DNA of 64,000 nt. Origin: an uncultured Acidobacteriota bacterium (GTDB lineage: Bacteria > Acidobacteriota > UBA6911). Shown piece after piece: positions 58,607-64,000 of this stretch. The DNA is taken from positions 160,001 to 224,000 of the forward strand of contig CAWJKZ010000015.1 of assembly GCA_963843575.1 (NCBI GenBank), given 5' to 3'. The position numbers and the translations under genes are program-made. How positions within the stretch are numbered: the first letter of the stretch is position 1; the number at the start of each line of letters is the position of its first letter. The notes beneath the pieces were generated by a model. That model was given only the letters and a program-made list of their open reading frames with translations. It searched no databases and was not told the DNA's origin.

Positions 58607-59704
58607 ATGCGGTCAATACCGCGAGGCACACCCACCGTGACCGGGCCAAGACAGGGCGAAGCCCCGGGATCTCCAGACCACCTTTACCTCGAGATCACGG
58701 ATCGCTGTAATCTCGGGTGCAAGCACTGCTATCTGGGGGCGCACCCCGGCGGCAGGCACATGATGCAGGGCCGGGCTGTGCGCGCAGCGCTGTCGGACTT
58801 TGCCGCCATGGGCGGTCGCACCGTTTCGTTCAGCGGTGGTGAACCGCTGTTGCATCCCGAGTGGAAATCGTTGCTGGCACACGCGGCTCGGCTCGGCCTC
58901 GGGTGCACGTTGATCACGAACGGCACCATGCTCGACAAGGAGGCGATTGACGCCTCGGTGCGTCTGGGCGCGAGGATTGCGCTAAGTATCGACGGGAGTC
59001 AGGCCGCGACCCACGACGCGATTCGGGGCCGCGGGAACTTCGCGCGGGTCCAGACGGCTCTGAAGAATCTCGGGGCGATTGGAGCACAAGGGCAGGTGAT
59101 TGTCTGCTTCACACCCATGAGACGGAATCTGAACGATTTAATTCCTTTGGCCAAAGCGCTCCACCGGGACGGATTTCATCAGCTCTACGTGTCCCTCCTG
59201 GAAGATCGTGGCCGGAAACGAGCCCACGATCGGGAGCTGTCGCTGGACACTGGGGAGCGGGTTCGTTTGTTGACCCAGTTGGTCCTCTTGCTCACCGACC
59301 CGAGCCTGGCAATGCACGTGGATACAGGCCATCTGACGTATTTTTTTGAGCGCCTCCTGGGAAAACCGGATGGGCTCGGCGACCCGATTGAGGGAACCTT
59401 GCGTGTGGCCCCTACGGGCCAAGTCTACCTGAGCGCGTATGTGGATGATGAGGCATTCCGTTTGGGAAGTCTGCAGGAAGCAAACCTGCGGGAGTGCTTC
59501 CTGTCGGAGCGCGTCCGTGTCCTTTATGCGCAAGCCAGAGAACGGCAGGACGGTCTGCCGGCATGTCGCGATTGCCCGCACTGGATCGTGTGTGGTGGTG
59601 GCAGCCCCGCTCGCGCGTATGCGAACAACGGCTGTTTGTCCACCCCGGACGAATTCTGCGAGGCTAAACGTATCTTTCTGGAGCGATGGTACCGTGCAGT
59701 GTGA
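58607..59704 (+). CDS. Radical SAM / SPASM peptide maturase-like enzyme
   Basis: EITDRCNLGCKHC; SGGEPLLH; SIDG...HDAIRG.GNF; C-terminal CRDCPHWIVC...C; directly abuts the upstream stop (TAGATG). Confidence 0.9.
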   Translation: MRSIPRGTPTVTGPRQGEAPGSPDHLYLEITDRCNLGCKHCYLGAHPGGRHMMQGRAVRAALSDFAAMGGRTVSFSGGEPLLHPEWKSLLAHAARLGLGCTLITNGTMLDKEAIDASVRLGARIALSIDGSQAATHDAIRGRGNFARVQTALKNLGAIGAQGQVIVCFTPMRRNLNDLIPLAKALHRDGFHQLYVSLLEDRGRKRAHDRELSLDTGERVRLLTQLVLLLTDPSLAMHVDTGHLTYFFERLLGKPDGLGDPIEGTLRVAPTGQVYLSAYVDDEAFRLGSLQEANLRECFLSERVRVLYAQARERQDGLPACRDCPHWIVCGGGSPARAYANNGCLSTPDEFCEAKRIFLERWYRAV

Positions 59705-59869
59705 AAGCTGCAGGTACCGCGCCCGGTAAGTTGCTTTAAAAAGTTCAGGGATGCCCATGCGTGCTGTGCACCCCGTGTCTGAGGCAGCCTCCCGGAGGGA
59801 GCATTTATTTCCAATACAAGTCGGAGGCGGCCGGTATCTCCAAACCATAACCGAGGAGAGGAGTTTGTC

Positions 59870-60859
59870 ATGACCGACGAACAACGGATATTCGTACCAC
59901 CGAGTGCCACGGGTTTGACCGCAATGAATCCGGCAGGCGGTGTCCGCATGGGCTACGCCATGGGCGGGGCTCAGAGGATGGCACCCATGATGGGTGGCGT
60001 CCGCATGGGCTACCCCATGGGCGGAACTCAAATGATGTCCCCTATGATGGGTGGTGTGCGCATGGGCTACCCGGCCGTCATGGGATACGTAATGGACGTG
60101 TCGGGCGGTGCGGGCATGATGCCGCGCATGGGAGGAGTCCGCATGGGCTACCCGATGGGCGGTACTCAGATGATGTCCCCCATGATGGGAGGAGTCCGCA
60201 TGGGCTATCCCATGGGCGGTGCTCAGATGATGTCCCCCATGATGGGTGGTGTGCGTATGGGCTACCCATCCGTCATGGGATATGGCGCCGGTGCCGACGT
60301 GACAGGCGGCGCGCGCATGGGAGGAGTCCGCATGGGCTATCCCATGGGCGGTACTCAGATGATGTCCCCCACAATGGGGGGAGTCCGCATGGGCTATCCC
60401 ATGGGCGGTTCTCAAATGATGGCGCCCTCGATGGGTGGCGTGCGCATGGGATACCCTGCCGTCATGGGATATGGCGCCGGCGCGGACGTGACGGGCGGCG
60501 CGCGCATGGGAGGAGTCCGCATGGGCTACCCCACCATGGGCGGTACTCAGATGATGTCCCCCACCATGGGAGGAGTCCGCATGGGCTACCCCATGGGCGG
60601 TTCTCAAATGATGGCGCCCTCGATGGGTGGCGTGCGCATGGGATACCCTGCCGTCATGGGATATGGCGCCGACGTGAACGTGGCGGGCGGCGCGGGCATG
60701 GGAGGAGGCGGTTCTCAGATGATGTCACCCATGATGGGAGGAGTCCGCATGGGCTACCCCATGGGCGGTTCTCAGATGATGTCACCCATGATGGGAGGAG
60801 TCCGCATGGGCTACCCCATGGGCACGCAGCAAATGGGTAGTTTCCGAATGGGAATGTAG
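59870..60859 (+). CDS. Putative multi-core RiPP precursor / Met-Gly-rich repeat protein (14 x GGVRMGY)
   Basis: Strong GAGGAG RBS; 22-aa non-repetitive leader; repeats invariant in protein but varying at synonymous codon positions; lies downstream of an RRE and three radical SAM genes. Confidence 0.82.
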   Translation: MTDEQRIFVPPSATGLTAMNPAGGVRMGYAMGGAQRMAPMMGGVRMGYPMGGTQMMSPMMGGVRMGYPAVMGYVMDVSGGAGMMPRMGGVRMGYPMGGTQMMSPMMGGVRMGYPMGGAQMMSPMMGGVRMGYPSVMGYGAGADVTGGARMGGVRMGYPMGGTQMMSPTMGGVRMGYPMGGSQMMAPSMGGVRMGYPAVMGYGAGADVTGGARMGGVRMGYPTMGGTQMMSPTMGGVRMGYPMGGSQMMAPSMGGVRMGYPAVMGYGADVNVAGGAGMGGGGSQMMSPMMGGVRMGYPMGGSQMMSPMMGGVRMGYPMGTQQMGSFRMGM

Positions 60860-60865
60860 CAACCA

Positions 60866-60893
60866 CTCACCCTCTCCTTCGGGAGAGGGTGAG
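60866..60893 (+). terminator. Perfect 12-bp hairpin with a UUCG tetraloop after the precursor gene
   Basis: CTCACCCTCTCC-TTCG-GGAGAGGGTGAG starting 7 nt after the stop. No U-tract follows, so it may be a stabiliser rather than a terminator. Confidence 0.6.
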
Positions 60894-61029
60894 ATTCTCA
60901 CATGGCACATCGCAGTGTCGCACCATCGCGTTTCGTCGGCATGAAACCTCGAGGTAACTCCTCAGGCGTATCGAGTGTTGGGTTAGAGAACCAAGGTGCC
61001 TCACCCGGGAACAAGCGAGGCGCAATTCC

Positions 61030-61815
61030 ATGACGACCCTGTGCCTCCATTCAAAGCCTGAAATGGAGGCCTTTCTCCGCCACAATACCTACTTGCATCT
61101 TTATGAGATCGGTGACCTGGACGACTTCTTCTGGCCGCGGACCCTATGGTATGGCCTGAAGGACAGAGGCCAGATTACCCAACTCGTCTTACTTTACACT
61201 GGAGCATCTCCTCCCGCCTTGCTTGGTTTCACCGAGGGGCCCATAGAGGAAATGGCAGAGTTGCTGCGATCTATCATCCCTCTTCTCCCCAAACGTTTTC
61301 TTGCTCATCTCAGTCTGAATCTGGCGGCGGTATTTGCAGACGACTACCAAATCCAATCGCACGGCACGTTCCATAAGATGGCGCTGACCCGCCCCTCATG
61401 CCTGGAAGGAGTGGACACGTCTGCAGTCGACTCTATGACGCTGTCCGACATCGATGATCTACAAAGGCTCTACCGCGCAAGCTATCCGGGGAATTGGTTC
61501 GATCCGCGGATGGTCGGGACTGGCTACTTCTATGGCATACACCGCGATACCGAGCTTGTGAGCGTCGCCGGGGTGCATGTATACTCCGCACATTACAGAA
61601 TCGCCGCGTTAGGCAGCGTAACAACACACCCGAACTATTGCAAACAGGGCTTGGCAACTGCAGTTTGTGCCAAACTCACCAAGTCGTTGATGGGGAGTGT
61701 GGAACATATCGGGCTGAACGTGGAAGCCGGCAACGCGAGCGCCATACGTTTGTATGAGAAACTCGGATTTGAAGGTGTCGCTGCGTATGGAGAGTATGCC
61801 TTCGAGTGGAAGTGA
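61030..61815 (+). CDS. GNAT-family N-acetyltransferase (C-terminal FR47-like domain)
   Basis: LGSVTTHPNYCKQGLAT (acetyl-CoA motif A) and LNVEAGNASAIRLYEKLGF. Confidence 0.85.
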   Translation: MTTLCLHSKPEMEAFLRHNTYLHLYEIGDLDDFFWPRTLWYGLKDRGQITQLVLLYTGASPPALLGFTEGPIEEMAELLRSIIPLLPKRFLAHLSLNLAAVFADDYQIQSHGTFHKMALTRPSCLEGVDTSAVDSMTLSDIDDLQRLYRASYPGNWFDPRMVGTGYFYGIHRDTELVSVAGVHVYSAHYRIAALGSVTTHPNYCKQGLATAVCAKLTKSLMGSVEHIGLNVEAGNASAIRLYEKLGFEGVAAYGEYAFEWK

Positions 61816-62420
61816 ATGACCCGACGGCGGCAATTACGAAATCGATTCAGACCACGGCTGTGACCGTGGTCGGAGGGGAATCTTGGAAACACGGCCTGGC
61901 GGCGAGCCCGGAGCAGCGGCGAGCAGCTGGCGCAAGGACGGATTGAGCTGTTGCTCGCGACCCGAGCCACCACAAGTGCGGCGGTACGCATTTTCCTCGG
62001 GAATGGCGGTGCGCCGGATTTACGAACGGCTAACCGCGCCATGATCCTCGACTGGGCGAAGACAAACGGAGTCGAGCATGAGGAATTGAGCGCCAATTAA
62101 AACGGCAAAGAGCATTGGTCGTGCCTGATCGTGGAATCGATTATCGGATGTTTTCTAGCATCCTCAGATCGGTGCCTCCAGTATCAAGCTGCGAATACAG
62201 AAGGGTGCCTCAGGCGAGGCAGAAAGCCCGTACTGGGAATACCTCGGGAGGGGAGCGACAGTCTTCACCTTTCCGGTCGAGACACGGGCGTGCAGGCGGA
62301 GTTGTCACGAGAACTTAAGGCCGCGATCATCTCCTGCGGAGATGGAAGATCGGCATGCGCTCGCCGAACTGAAAGAGTCGCCGGGAGGTTCGGCTACCAT
62401 GATAGTGGTGCAGGGAAATC

Positions 62421-63254
62421 TCACTCCTGACGCCTCGAGGCAATAGCGTAGAGGGTTGCCTTCAGCTCAAAGGGGGTCAGATAGGGGTGCTTGGAGAGAA
62501 CCAGCGACACAATGCCTGAGATGTGCGGTGCGGCGAAGCTGGTGCCGGTAACCGTCTTATAACCGCCGCCCGCCCAGGGCGCACGAATATTGGTGCCGGG
62601 AGCGGCTAACTCGATTCGATTCCCGTAACGATAGGCGAAGGTGAACGAGTCGCCCCCCTGCAAGTTTCCGACCGAGATCAGAGACGAGAAGATGGATGGG
62701 AAACTCGGAGGGGGGACGTTGTTGGCCGCCGCCACGAGAATTGAGCGGCCGAAATAGGCAAGATCCGTCAGCTCATGCAACTGGGAGAAGTACTCCTCCC
62801 TCGTTGTGCCCAAGCTGAGGTTGACCACGTCCATTCTGTTCTCAATGGCCCAACGAAGGCCCAGGAGAAAAGCCTCACCGGTTCCGCCGCAGGACGGGCC
62901 GAGGACTTTGACGCTGAACAGTTCCACGTCAGGCGCGATGCCCTTGATGATGCCGGCACACGCCGTGCCGTGCCCAAAAGCATCGGTAAAACTGCAGGGA
63001 AGCAGTTGGGGCCCCGACGGAGTCATCCACACATCTACGCCCCCCTTCACGCTGCCCGTGATGTCCGGATGGGAGGCGTCGATGCCGCTGTCGACAACCG
63101 CCACTCTGATACCTCTTCCCGTGGAGTCTCCCCAGGCATTCTCAGGAGCCGCGAGTCGGGAAATGGGCCCATCGAGCCTCGAGTACACACTGCCCGAGTT
63201 CGCCGGCTGATGTCCCTGAAACCTCTGATTGCCTGTTGTGCCTCTGAGGGGCAT
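62421..63254 (-). CDS. Minimal cytoplasmic S8 (subtilisin-like) serine protease
   Basis: Catalytic triad motifs VVDSG, HGTAC and GTSFAAP; no signal peptide and only a short N-terminal segment. Confidence 0.9.
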   Translation of the reverse strand: MPLRGTTGNQRFQGHQPANSGSVYSRLDGPISRLAAPENAWGDSTGRGIRVAVVDSGIDASHPDITGSVKGGVDVWMTPSGPQLLPCSFTDAFGHGTACAGIIKGIAPDVELFSVKVLGPSCGGTGEAFLLGLRWAIENRMDVVNLSLGTTREEYFSQLHELTDLAYFGRSILVAAANNVPPPSFPSIFSSLISVGNLQGGDSFTFAYRYGNRIELAAPGTNIRAPWAGGGYKTVTGTSFAAPHISGIVSLVLSKHPYLTPFELKATLYAIASRRQE

Positions 63255-63266
63255 GGGTTGGGCTTT

Positions 63267-63998
63267 CTACCTTCTCAATGAGCCGCCGAGACTCAGGGGG
63301 CGGAACTCCAATCGCGCGTGAACCGCATTCAGGATGTCGAGGCACAGCTGCGCATCTTGCGGCCTTCGTGTGACAATGCTGACGATCCTGGTCGCAATCT
63401 CTAACGCCATCCTGTACTCGTGTGAGGCGCTAGCCCTTTCGAGACCTGAAGCCATCGCCGCCACCACCTCCCGTGAGCCGGGGACGATATCCGTTGCCCC
63501 CAACCTCTCCTTGGCCGCTGCCAGCAACGACTGCCCTAGCAAGAACATATGGCGCTTCTCCACAGCCGCTCCCACGATCGTGGCGAACTGTGTGAGAAGC
63601 TCCATATCCTGCTCGGAAAAACCCCCTCCACCGACTTTGTTCACAGTCTCCAGGACGCCTAACACGCTGGATCCGGAAACTATCGGCACAGCAAGGATGG
63701 AGTGGGTTGCAAACTGAATGGCCTCGGAAATGGACCGGTTCCACTGTGCGTTTTCCGCCAGATCTTGCACGTTCAGTGGCTGGCCGCTGGCCACCACAAA
63801 GCCAGCGATGCCCTGGCCAATCGCCACTTTGAAGTGTTTTAATTCATCCGCCTTCTCTCCATGAACGGCAGAGAAGACAAGTTGGGTCCCGGTTTCGTCG
63901 AGGAGGAGGATCGATCCGCCCTCCGCCTCGACGGAGACCGTGGCCACGCTGATAATGGTATCCAGAAGTTCCTCTGATTCCGGGGATGGCTTGAGCAT
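63267..63998 (-). CDS. GAF-domain protein (N-terminus may lie beyond the window)
   Basis: SILLLD, GQGIAGFV, SILAVPI, GVLETVNK...FSEQD (NKFDE-like GAF signature). Confidence 0.82.
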   Translation of the reverse strand: MLKPSPESEELLDTIISVATVSVEAEGGSILLLDETGTQLVFSAVHGEKADELKHFKVAIGQGIAGFVVASGQPLNVQDLAENAQWNRSISEAIQFATHSILAVPIVSGSSVLGVLETVNKVGGGGFSEQDMELLTQFATIVGAAVEKRHMFLLGQSLLAAAKERLGATDIVPGSREVVAAMASGLERASASHEYRMALEIATRIVSIVTRRPQDAQLCLDILNAVHARLEFRPLSLGGSLRR

Positions 63999-64000
63999 TC

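Noticed and set aside
55301-59704. PQQ, mycofactocin, sactipeptide or ranthipeptide cluster
   Set aside because: There is no pqqB/C or mft gene set, no PqqA/MftA-like peptide was seen, and the precursor has no Cys.
59138-60607. 489-aa His-rich ORF on the minus strand
   Set aside because: Antisense shadow of the Met-rich precursor (ATG read as CAT); it also overlaps the rSAM gene.
59870-60859. Non-coding VNTR or CRISPR-like DNA repeat
   Set aside because: Unit lengths are multiples of 3, variation is synonymous in the plus frame, and there is a strong RBS.

Overview
GC-rich bacterial chromosomal window. Gene content and REP-like repeats suggest Acidobacteriota, but this is inference. Positions 1-53.8 kb hold mostly ordinary genes: a divergent EF-G paralog, GH127, two DUF1080 proteins, a sulfatase, GntP, two molybdo-hydroxylase clusters, FKBP, an acyl-CoA ligase, a Ser/Thr kinase, a TMTC-like protein, an S9 peptidase, pdxH, zupT and proS. 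These are interspersed with at least three families of REP/REPIN-like palindromes. Four genes carry five single-base insertions in total, probably read errors. The standout is a lower-GC operon at 54.4-61.8 kb that looks like an undescribed multi-core RiPP system. It encodes an aldo-keto reductase, a stand-alone PqqD/RRE, a Twitch-type radical SAM enzyme, a B12-dependent radical SAM enzyme, and a SPASM radical SAM enzyme lacking its AuxI ligands. These are followed by a Cys-free 329-aa Met/Gly-rich precursor with 14 GGVRMGY copies and a GNAT, with a convergent S8 protease/GAF pair downstream. The second highlight is an unannotated ~240-nt structured RNA candidate at 44551-44790 (minus strand) with its own putative promoter and a U-tract.
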